Below are positions 10,023 to 19,575 of a DNA stretch of 64,000 bases, in pieces. Below the pieces are notes generated by a model, which searched no databases, had not been told where the DNA came from, and saw only the letters and a program-made list of their open reading frames with translations. A program made the translations under genes and the position numbers. The stretch comes from Hyaloraphidium curvatum SAG 235-1 (Eukaryota > Fungi > Monoblepharomycota): contig JAIVFI010000024.1 of NCBI GenBank assembly GCA_025558095.1, positions 124,001-188,000 on the forward strand, in the 5' to 3' direction. Within the stretch, counting starts at the first letter, position 1. Each line of letters starts with the position of its first letter.

Positions 10023-12594
10023 ATGGGCGCGTTGTCCGCAATGCTGCTGCTGTCGGCCGTCGCCGGCGCCCGGGCGTCATCAGCGTCCATCTTAAATGGC
10101 TTTCCCCTCGGAAGCGGCTGCGTGGCATCTCCTTCGGCACCTCAAATCCGTGAGTGCGCGACGCGGCAACGTGCCTGCCTGCGATATAGTCAGTCACGGC
10201 CGCTGACTTACTGTCTCCGCCTTCAGTCCAACTTTACACCCAAGTCGACTGTGACTTCTGGCTTCCCTGTGAGAGTAATGGTCAGGCCCTGGCAAGGTAT
10301 GACTCCTACCAGACCTGTGGCCCTGCACCTCCCTATATCTCGCTTCCCCGTTCCACGGTGCGTTCTACTGCTTGTGCCATTAAGAAGGACAACTGAACCG
10401 TCCCATAGGGTGATTATGTTATAATTACGAAATGGACTTGGAAGAGTTGCGCGGGACCGGGGTTGAATGCCAGCGCCGAAGGTGGACTCCCAGGGACAGC
10501 CATCGCGGCGCTTTCCCAGTCATGCTTTACGGCGGGCTATCTGGAAGTAAGTACCTCTCTTTGTTGTCTCTGTGATCTCCTTACCCCCATCGATACAGTT
10601 TCATATTACGTGAAACCCATCTGCAACGGGCAGTCCACCAGCACCCTCCAGTTCTTCGTTGACGATCAATGCAAGGTGGGTCGGCAAATGGACAACCGGC
10701 TCCGCAGTGGTTGATGCGCTTCCCCGCAGTCGACCCCCTCCAACGAAGTGCCCACACTTAACTTTGCTCCTGGGGAGTGCGTCACTATTGGCTACAATGG
10801 AGCATCATGTGAGCTGGCAAGACTCAGTCCGTAGCATTCTTTAACTTCTTTCACATCTGCAGATTCGATGACTGCCAAGTGCGTTTCCGTGGTTGACGGC
10901 GTCCCAGAAGAGATCCAGTTTGCTGCGACCGGTTCGCAGTCTCCAACAACAACAACAACAACAACAACAACGACTCGAGTGCCTGCACCATCGACTACCA
11001 CTCCTCCTGCAACCACCGCGGTGGAAACTCCTCCTGTAGCAGGCCCGAGCTCTCCTCCAATCGGTGCTATAGTCGGAGGCGTCATTGGGGGTCTCGCTGC
11101 GGTGGCTTTGCTCGCCGGCTTTCTTTGGTGGCGGAGGACTCGCACCACTTCGAAGTCAAAGGCTGCTGAAGAGGCGCGCGGTTTCAACCATGCCATGGGA
11201 GGGGAAGGGGACAGCGCGGGCGCCAAGGGGAAGCAAGAGCTCGCCGCCACGGATCTTCCAGTTGCGGAAAAGGCATCTGCAGCCGGCAAATTGACGGTTG
11301 CAAGCTATGCTCAGGCAATCCCTCAAGAGCCACCTCTAAATGTTGAGCCTCTGGCTTGGGCGAAAGCCGCCCCGGGATCGTCTCCAATCGACACAGATCA
11401 AACTGTGGCTGGACTCTTGCCCGCACCCATTGCCCAACCGAAAGCCATGAGCCAGGTGACAAGCTCAGCGCAAGCTACTGCGTCACCTGATCTGGGGACG
11501 GAGGAGCTTACCACCAGCTCTCATGTCAACAGCTCTGTGGGCACGGGCTCGACCATGGCTGCCGCTACTCTCCCCGTCGCCGCCGCCGCCGCCACCGCCT
11601 ACCAGCCTCCTCTCAACGCAAGCAGCGGCTTGAAGCCACCATCTTCTCCAGTCGCGAAAGCCTCGAGGCTGCTCGTGCCTGCGAGCGACATCACCTACGA
11701 CTCGAAGCAGAAGCTTGGCGAAGGCACTTTTGGCATCGTCTACGTCGGCACGCTCCGTGGATCCACGAAGGTGGCAGTCAAGACCATCAAAGGGGAAGTT
11801 GACGACGCAACGATGCGGGCTTTTGACAAGGAGGTGGCCAACTGGGAGGGTCTGGTCTAGCGCAACGGTGGGGACCCTTTGTCATATCCCGCCCGTGATC
11901 CCTCATCCTACGTCCGCCTCTGCTAGTGCTCCCCTTGATTGCCTACTGCTCTGACCCACCTATGATGGTCACGGACCTGATGCGAGACGGTAACCTGCGC
12001 AAGCACATGGCGGCCCGCGGCTGGCCTCTCGACCTCGGCCTGCGCTTCCTCCTCGGCGTGGCAGAAGGCATGACGTACCTACACGGCCTCGGCATCCTGC
12101 ACGGCGACATCAAGTCCCTCAACGTGCTCATCGACGGCACCCGCGCACTGATCGCCGACTTTGGCCTCTCCAAAGTCCGGCAGGGCATTATGAGTACCGC
12201 TGGGACCTCGGCCGGGGGACTCAGTGGCACGCCCGGGTTCCTGTCCCCGGAGCTGCTCGACGGACAGCCGCTGAGGAAGCCTGGGGACGTTTACGCTTTT
12301 GCGATGCTGTGCTACGAGGTCGTGAGCGGGGGCAAGTACCCGTTCGAGGAGATGCTGAATCCCGCGGTGGTAAGTTGCCAGCCCAGTTGTTCTGCCTCAT
12401 TTGCTCATCGATATCCCCCTCTGCAGATCCTGTACAACGTCGCCATCAAGGGAGCCCGCCCAGTGCGGCCCGCCAACGTTCCGGACGCCGTTTGGTCCCT
12501 GATCGAGCGCTGCTGGGATCAGGACCCGCTGAGGCGGCCGGAATTCGCCCAGATCGTCTCGGAGCTGGAGAAGATAGTTGGGCAGCGCGTCTGA
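10023..12594 (+). pseudogene. Single-pass receptor-like TKL kinase (non-RD) with a small Cys-containing ectodomain; in-frame TAG at 11858-11860
   Basis: Signal peptide MGALSAMLLLSAVAGARA, poly-Thr stalk, TM IGAIVGGVIGGLAAVALLAGFLWW. Kinase motifs LGEGTFGIVY, VAVK, HGDIKSLN, DFG, GTPGFLSPE, DVYAF, CWxxDPxxRP. It reads EGLV*RN where the paralog has EGLVQRN. Confidence 0.7.
10944..10971 (+). repeat. (ACA)n microsatellite encoding the poly-Thr stalk
   Basis: caacaacaacaacaacaacaacaacaac. Confidence 0.9.
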
Positions 12595-12789
12595 TTCGGG
12601 TCGCTCGCGTATGCCGGGTCTCCAAGGCGACGACAGTACGTGGGAGTTTGCGGACCTCCTATCGGGCGTGTTGCCCCGGGGCCTGCGCCTGCATAACGGC
12701 GCGGCCTCGTCCGCTTTGGGGTGCGCTGTTCCAGCGTACACGGACGAGCGGCGAGTAGCGTCTCCCCGCCGGGTCTCAACGAGTTAGGT

Positions 12790-13059
12790 GCTCCCGCAGC
12801 GGCCACAAAAACAGTCGTCGAGACGAGTTCTTGGTTGCGTGTTTGGAGGAGTGCAAAGTGGAGCCGGGGATAAGATGGTTGGCCTCGCATCTTGGGGACT
12901 CGGGGGACTTCTTGGCGGGGGAGCGGGCGGGACGGATGCGTCGCGAACAAAGATTTTTGACGCCGCATCCAGGGTTCAAGTTCATCGGTGGCTTGGAAAG
13001 AATAAAGGATCGTCTCGATCATGTGTTCAATTAGATCTGATCCGATGCGCGGCAACTTG
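12790..13059 (+). repeat. Dispersed ~270-bp element, copy 1 (inverted relative to 18612-18880)
   Basis: Aligns along its length with the reverse complement of 18612-18880, including a 27-nt identical core TCGGGGGACTTCTTGGCGGGGGAGCGG (12900-12926 = 18743-18769). Confidence 0.85.
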
Positions 13060-13143
13060 TATGTCGATGCGAGGCGGCGAGTTGATGTTGATGGGACGAC
13101 CAAAAGTCTTGTCTCCCGCGTCCCACAGCGGGCTGCGGAGCCG

Positions 13144-14826
13144 ATGGACGCGTCCAACGCGTACCTGGCGGCATCGGCGCACACCCTGACCTCATTTGCG
13201 CCCTCGGAATCGGTCTCGTTCGCTGACCAGCCGGATCCCGTGCGCCGGTTCCACGGCGACTCCTCGCCGGAAGTCCTGCTCCTGCCGTTCCCAAACGGAG
13301 AGGCGCAGCCGAGCACGGAGTCGCTCCCGACGCAGTTGGGCTTGGAATCGCTCTCTGAGCTGCTCTACTTCTCCCTTTCCTTGTCTGGCCGACGCGGAAG
13401 CGGCGACCATGGCTACTTCCTCCGGACCAACCCCTCGTCCGGCAACCTGCACGCCGAGGAATCGTACTTTGCCCTCCCGGACGGGTTCCTGGGCCCGACC
13501 GGCGACGATGCCGTCTCGGATCGGGGCTGGACCGTCTGGCACTACCGTCCCGACCTGCACGCGCTGGAACGCCGGTCGTCCTTGACATTGCCCGCCGCCA
13601 TCTCTCGGACTTCCTTTCTGTACCTCGGAAGCCATATCCCGCTCCGTCAGAGCTGGAAATACGGCCTCCGCGGGCTGAGGTACTCGCTCCTCGACCTCGG
13701 CCATGCCGCCTCTGGCGTCGCGCATTCGGCGGGTATGCTGGGCTGGACGGCGAAGCTCGTTGGCGGTTGGGGCGCGGATGCCGAAAGACTGATCGGGAAA
13801 GGGCTCGCGGAACAGGCGGAAAAGGAGACTTTGGGCTGCGTGGTCCTGATTCAAACGAATCCGGGTCAAGCAGGGGAGCTGGAGGTGCCGCAGAGCCTGC
13901 TTCACAGCGACGGACCCTTTTCGTATTTCGGGCAACCCAAAACTCTGGCTCGGACTCCGATCCGGACGTATCCGTTGCTCGACGCTGCGCTGGATGCCCT
14001 CCGACCTGCGGCCAGATCGATCTCGCTTTCCGTCTTTCCTTGCACTGACTTGAAGCTCTTCCTGCCCGACTACAGCGCCGCGGCGGTGCGCAAGCTGTTC
14101 CGCGCCCGCCGATCGGCGCAGGACTTCCATTCCCCGTCACCTCCGCTCCCGATCAACCCGGCCGACGTCGCCGACCTGCTGCTTTCGCTGCCCGCGCTCC
14201 TCGCGCCTTTCGGCGATGCGATCCCCGCGGCCGCCTTCTTCCTCAACCATGTCGTCGACGACATGCCGCGAGGCCTGTATGTGCTCGTGGTCGCCGGCGA
14301 TCCCGGCCCCGTCGCAGAGGAGCTCAAGTCCAACGCCTCGGTGGAATGGGACTGGCGCCAGATCGGGACGACGGGCCGCCTGTTCCTCCTCTCCGAAGGC
14401 TGGCCCGAGCGCGTCGCTGCGGCATGCTGCTGCTCGCAATCCCTGGCCTCGCACTCGCTCATCACCCTGTTCCCCCTCTCCCCTCTCCCCGTGCCTGACA
14501 TGGCCGTGGCCCACCTAGCCGCCGCGCATCTCGTCCACGCGCTGTACCTCCTCGCGCACGCGTGCGGCGCGGGCGCGACGGCGATGGGGTGCTTCGCCGA
14601 CGCCGCGGTGACGGGCCTGATCGGGCTCGCGGACGAGCCGGGGGCGGCGAAGATGCGGGGGTTCTTCCGGGGCCCGTCGGGAATGCGGCCTGCGGGGGAG
14701 AGGAAGGGGAGGGAGTGGGCGGCGGTGTATTCGGTCGGGATCGGGGAGCCGGATTTCGAGCAGCGGTTGAGCTTGGACGAGGGCAGGGTGTACGATCGCG
14801 AAAAGGAACGGAGGACCGGGCTGTGA
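13144..14826 (+). CDS. SagB/ThcOx-family two-domain nitroreductase-like FMN oxidoreductase, intronless, bacterial-like
   Basis: QPDPVRRFHG, LRTNPSSGNLHAEESY, WKYGLRGLRYSLLDLGHA, second domain RARRSA, GATAMGCFAD. Confidence 0.8.
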   Translation: MDASNAYLAASAHTLTSFAPSESVSFADQPDPVRRFHGDSSPEVLLLPFPNGEAQPSTESLPTQLGLESLSELLYFSLSLSGRRGSGDHGYFLRTNPSSGNLHAEESYFALPDGFLGPTGDDAVSDRGWTVWHYRPDLHALERRSSLTLPAAISRTSFLYLGSHIPLRQSWKYGLRGLRYSLLDLGHAASGVAHSAGMLGWTAKLVGGWGADAERLIGKGLAEQAEKETLGCVVLIQTNPGQAGELEVPQSLLHSDGPFSYFGQPKTLARTPIRTYPLLDAALDALRPAARSISLSVFPCTDLKLFLPDYSAAAVRKLFRARRSAQDFHSPSPPLPINPADVADLLLSLPALLAPFGDAIPAAAFFLNHVVDDMPRGLYVLVVAGDPGPVAEELKSNASVEWDWRQIGTTGRLFLLSEGWPERVAAACCCSQSLASHSLITLFPLSPLPVPDMAVAHLAAAHLVHALYLLAHACGAGATAMGCFADAAVTGLIGLADEPGAAKMRGFFRGPSGMRPAGERKGREWAAVYSVGIGEPDFEQRLSLDEGRVYDREKERRTGL

Positions 14827-14928
14827 ACTGGGGCACGAAAGAGCCTCGCAATTGATGATTCGCATTCCAGACGTGGAGCACACGCGCGCCAACTACCTGT
14901 TTTCACCGATCGCCCACATCGCCGGAAC

Positions 14929-15768
14929 TCACATTCGTCCCTCGGGGCGCCGCATCTTTTCCACGTAGGGCCCCAGGTCCCGAGCAAAGGCCGGGTGCGC
15001 CAGCAGGGCGTCGAAATGGGCGAATGCCCGCGGGTGCGCCTCCCTCGCCCCCGGCAGCAGCGGTCCCAGCCCCTCGGCCCGCGGCCCCGCCTTGCCCCTC
15101 CTCAGCTCGCCGTGGAACAACGTGATTTCGCACGCGAAGCAGATGTCGGCCAGGGTCATCTCGTCGGCCGCGATCCACTGGCTTCCGGGGCGCGACAGCG
15201 CGCGCTCGATCCCGATCAGATACGTTTCCAGCGATTCGGAGGCCGACGCCTGCAGAGCTGGATCCAGGGAGCCCCCGGAAATGGCAAGGAGGTACCGCTG
15301 CGAGTCGCGCGCGAACACGAGGGAGGCATCGAGGAAGGCGTCGACGCGGGAGGCACCGAAGGCCCCGCGGCCGTACAGTCCGTGGTCGTTGCCCTGCTCG
15401 GTGGCGATGCGGGCGACGGCGCGCATGATGGAATTGCTCTCGAAGACGCCGGTACGGGTTGCGGGGTCGAAGGCGGCCGGGACGGTGCCGTACGGGATCG
15501 CGTCGAGGAACGCTTCCGTCTTTTTCAGCGCGCGCCCCGCGAAGCCGACGCGGCCCGTCGTCGTCGGCGCAGAGTCAGTGTCCGCCTCGGTCAGCGGCCG
15601 AGCATCAAAATCGAACAGCCATCCCGGGATCTCGGGGGGAGACGCCCCGAGGATCCCGACGCGCACGCCAAGGATTCGACCGGCAATGGTCGCCTTGGCG
15701 ACGCGCGGGCTCGGCAGGTACGAGAAGATGCGGATCTGCTCGTCGGAAACCGAAGCCGGGGCCGACAT
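14929..15768 (-). CDS. Glutathione S-transferase-like protein, intronless, bacterial-like
   Basis: PYGTVPAAF, GVFESNSIMRAVAR, MTLADICF. The N-terminus reads RIFSYLPSPR...WLFDFDARPL. Confidence 0.8.
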   Translation of the reverse strand: MSAPASVSDEQIRIFSYLPSPRVAKATIAGRILGVRVGILGASPPEIPGWLFDFDARPLTEADTDSAPTTTGRVGFAGRALKKTEAFLDAIPYGTVPAAFDPATRTGVFESNSIMRAVARIATEQGNDHGLYGRGAFGASRVDAFLDASLVFARDSQRYLLAISGGSLDPALQASASESLETYLIGIERALSRPGSQWIAADEMTLADICFACEITLFHGELRRGKAGPRAEGLGPLLPGAREAHPRAFAHFDALLAHPAFARDLGPYVEKMRRPEGRM

Positions 15769-15997
15769 CGTTCAGTGGCGGCGCGATGGCGCGATGGAGG
15801 TTTGCGGGTGATTCGCGGAAACTCCGCCCGATCGCAACTTAGCAAGTTGTGCAGTGCGCCTTGTGATTGGATCTTTGTCTGCGAGACGAGGACTGGGGAC
15901 ATAGCTACGTTCTGGTTCATCCAGAGGAGAGGCAGGAGCGACAGGTGGATCTAGTAAAGATGACAAAGAGATCCAGATCGCACCTCCTCGCAACGCC

Positions 15998-18332
15998 TCA
16001 CATAGGAGTCCAGCTCTCCCTTTTGCCGCAGTCCGCCTCGCACCTGGTGTTGTTGACGTTGACGACCCTCCACTCCCCGCTGTTGGCGATCATGATCCGC
16101 CCCGAGATGCCCGCCGCGTCCCTCGCCGGCACGACCCTGTTGCCGCTGACCTCGACCCCTGCCACGGCGTCCGCGAGCACCGCCCACCGCGGCGCCCCCG
16201 CCACCCTGTTCCCGGAAACCAGCACCCCTGCATTGCCCCACCCGTCGCGGTTGCCGACCGTGCGCATCGACGCGTCCACCGCATCCACGACCACCGCCCC
16301 GCGCCTCCCGACCACGTCCGCATTGTCGATCCGATTGTTGACCACCGCCAACCCGCGGACCCCCACCCCCTCCTGCGCGTACCCCGACGCCTGCGCCAGC
16401 ACCGCGGACATGTGCACCCTCCTGAACGCGCACCCCTCCACCACCGCGTTCTCCCGCACCTGCAGGAGCACCCCCCTCGCGCGGTGAAACCCCGTCGTCA
16501 CGTTGCGCACGACCACGTTGCGCGCGTTCCACCGGGGGAGCATCACCCCGCACAGCGAGGGGTCGGCGAACACGGCGTCCGCCGAGGGGTCCAGGGGGGC
16601 GTCGAGCTGCAGCTGCCACGTGCCGCCCTCGACACCGGCGTCGTACCACGTCTCGATGATGCGGCGGGTGGTGCCGGTGGTGGAGAGGTCGGCGGCGCGG
16701 AGGAACTCAACCGTGTCGCCGACGGCAAAGTACATCCTCCACGCGCGGGTGCGCGGGAGCACGATCATCGCGTAGTCGGTGGCGCCGCTGCGGTCGAATG
16801 CGTAGCGGAACCCGCGGAGCGAGGTGGGGAGGTGGATGTTGATCGGGTCGTCGCCGAGGAAGAAGAAGCGCGAGTTGGCGACCATGATGTTGCCCGTGGT
16901 CATGGAGCCCCAGACGCCGTCGGCGGCGCCCGACATGGGGCGGGCCGAGGTCGGGGTTGGGCGCTCGGCGGGCTCGACGGCGAGGCCGTCGATGAGGATC
17001 TCGCCCGAGCCGCGGTCGATGATGACGGCCTTGCCGGGGACCGAGAGGATGCGGACGTTGGTGAGGAAGCAGTGCCGGCACTGCGCGAGGCGGAAGCCGT
17101 GCACGTCGTACGTCAGGTGCTTGATCATCCTGGTAAAGGGGAAGGTGGAGATCAGTTGCCCATGAGACTCGAGTACTGGGCTTTCTATCTTACCAATAGG
17201 ACCCGACCGGCGACGGCTCCGTGCCGAACCCGTTGATCCGCCGATCGAACGTGATGGTCATCCTCGTGGAGGTCGTCGCCGCCTTGCGGGCATACGAAGA
17301 CCCATCGGCGGGTCTCTTTTGCGCCGCATACGACGCCGCGCCGCCCCGCACGACGCGCGCCGACTCGGGATCCTTGGCGCCCAGTTCGTAATCCTCCTCG
17401 AGCTCGGCATCACCGCCCGCCCCGTCGCGCTTGTCGAAAGTGCCCGTCGCGGTCCCGCGGGCAAAGTAGAACTCCGGCACGCCCCGCAGCCCGACGCCCA
17501 TGGTGTTGGGATCGAGCGGGTGGATGCTGTACGGCCCGCGCAACGTCGCCGGATCCAGCCCGCCCGGCGGCGCGGGGGGACCGACTATGTCAAAGGTCCA
17601 CGCGCCCCGCCCGGAGCCGTCGTCCGCCTTTGTCCCGACGAGCATTCCGACCGACGCGATCCGCCATTTTTCCCAGTCCCAATCCACGACCAGATCGCGG
17701 AACTCGCAGCGCCGGCACGATTCGACGTTGATCAGGGGCGGCGTCAGGTTGTCCAGCAGGTCGTCGGGCGACCGCGGGGGCGGATCCAGCGAGTCGCGGG
17801 AAAACAGCAGCGTCGCCCCGCGGCCCACGATGGTAAAGTCGTGGCTCAGCCACCGTATCGTCAGGTTGGTGACCCGGTAGGTGTGGCCGGGGGTCAGGAT
17901 GAGCTCGCAGCTGGCGGCGCCGGCGGCCAGCGTGCGGGCGAAGCAGGCGTCGATGCCCTGCTGCAGCGCGGCGGTCGCGTCGCCTTCCGCGTCGGCGCCG
18001 AGGGCGGCGGCGCGGATCCGCTGCGTCGGCGCGTCGCGGCCGCTGCCGGGCCGGTTCATAGTCCAGGAGAACCACGCGGCCGACGGGTTCGGGCCCGGGT
18101 CGAGCTGCCGCGCACGGAGCCGCCGCCCGTCGTCCCCTTCGAGCAGCTCGCGCGCCCCGGCGGCGTCGGGGTACTCGGCGCCCACGATCACATCGCCGCG
18201 ATCGGCGTCCGCGGGGGCGATGACGCCCAGGGCGAGCACGGCCAGCGCCGCGCCCAGCGACAAGAGCCCGCCCAGCGGCGCCCTCCGGCGGCCCCGCGGC
18301 CGGCGCAAAATCGGTCCGCCGAATGTCCGCAT
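15998..18332 (-). CDS. Secreted right-handed parallel beta-helix protein (pectin-lyase fold, GH110-like); one intron, 17130-17193
   Basis: Hydrophobic signal/anchor, GDATAALQQGIDAC, SGAADG, GDDPINIH, RARGVLLQ, NAVVEGCAF, repeated VSGN. Confidence 0.7.
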
Positions 18333-18611
18333 AGTAAAAACAATAAGCCGAGTGCTTTGCTCGGCGTCCGCGTGGGATTGGCCGCGATGCGCGCGGCCGC
18401 CCGCTCCCCCGTCAGCGCGCCGACGCTATGCCCGGGCGCCCCGGACCGGATCCGCCGCCCGCGCCTCGCGCATGGACAATCTCAGCGAGACGCCATATCG
18501 AGGCGTCGGGGCAAGCAGGACCGCGGGCGTGTGCGGCCCCGAAGTGACTGCGCTGACGCTCGGCCTCCGATCCGCGCGGCGCGATCCCCCCTCGACCCCT
18601 CCGTCCAGGGA

Positions 18612-18880
18612 CCAAGTCTTTGCGCAGCGGACGGATCCGAACTCCACAGATATCGAGACGAGCTTTTATTCTCCCAAGCAATCACCTGAACCCTGGATGA
18701 GGCGCCAAAAGTCTCTGGTCGCGGCGCATTCCTCGCGGCCGTCCGCTCCCCCGCCAAGAAGTCCCCCGACTTGCCGAGGTGCAAGGCAAACTATCTCATC
18801 CTGGCCGGGCGCCCCACTCCTTGAAACATACAACCACGTGCTCGTCTCGACGGTAGTGTCTTCGTAGCCGCTGCGGGAGC
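18612..18880 (-). repeat. Dispersed ~270-bp element, copy 2
   Basis: Reverse complement of 12790-13059. Contains AATAAA and an internal inverted pair TCGAGACGAGC/GCTCGTCTCGA. Confidence 0.85.
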
Positions 18881-18927
18881 GGATGAGAAACTCGCCCGGC
18901 TCGGCATCCCTGCCAGCTCTCCCACCT

Positions 18928-19245
18928 TCACTCGGCGAGCATGCAGGTGGCCACGACCTCCCACTCGATCCTGTTCCGCCCCACCGCGCCGTTCACCCAG
19001 GCATGCACGTATCCGCTTGCTCCGCCCTGGTCGTAGTGCAGCGTGGCCTTGCCGCTGCCCTCGCCGATGCTGACGAGGCTCGAGGACTTGTCGCGGGAGC
19101 GCAGAAACACGTCGAGCACGACGAAGCGCGGGTCGTCCAGCGGGACGTGGAAGTGGAAGTCGTGCTTGGCGCCGCCGACGAGGCCGGCGGGGCCGGAGGA
19201 AGCGAGGGCGCGCTCGTCGAGGACGATGTCGAAGGTCGTCTTCAT
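18928..19245 (-). CDS. 105-aa hypothetical protein, predicted beta-rich, intronless
   Basis: ATG to TGA with strongly G/C-ending codons like the real genes here: MKTTFDIVLDERA...GYVHAWVNGAVGRNRIEWEVVATCMLAE. Confidence 0.65.
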   Translation of the reverse strand: MKTTFDIVLDERALASSGPAGLVGGAKHDFHFHVPLDDPRFVVLDVFLRSRDKSSSLVSIGEGSGKATLHYDQGGASGYVHAWVNGAVGRNRIEWEVVATCMLAE

Positions 19246-19332
19246 GGTGCAGGCCGCGCGGGGGAGGAGGAGGGCTGGCAGGAGGCACACGGTGTCGGCC
19301 GTCGACGAAGCTTGCGTAGCTTTTGAAGACCG

Positions 19333-19470
19333 CGTTGAGACCCGGTGAGACCACGGGAGGCACTATGTCATGAGATTGAGATCTAGTGATTGAGTTCTCC
19401 AGCCATCGCCGGTATCGCCCGGTCTCAACGAGGTCTCAACAGGGGACCCGTGCTCTCAACAGGGTCTCAC
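19333..19470. promoter_or_regulatory. Cluster of six GGTCTCA(A)C-type motifs in a divergent intergenic region
   Basis: Two copies on - (19334-19342, 19345-19352) and four on + (19421, 19432, 19452 with one mismatch, 19463). Confidence 0.5.
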
Positions 19471-19575
19471 TACGGCGAACGGCCTCGACGCTATGCGGCC
19501 TTCCAGATTCTCGACTAGCAACCTCCTCTCGCAAACGGCCCCCTGCCAACGCGCCGAAAGCAGCCCGCAACCGCC

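Noticed and set aside
12790-13059. TPP or cobalamin riboswitch
   Set aside because: Hallmark motifs (CTGAGA...ACCTGAT; B12 box) were not found.
13144-14826. Azole-RiPP biosynthetic cluster around the SagB-like gene
   Set aside because: No YcaO, E1-like protein or precursor peptide is nearby. Standalone two-domain members of this family are common.
19333-19470. BsaI (GGTCTC) cloning scars
   Set aside because: The copies are imperfect, irregularly spaced and share extended flanks with a genomic site at 12769-12783. No vector sequence is present.
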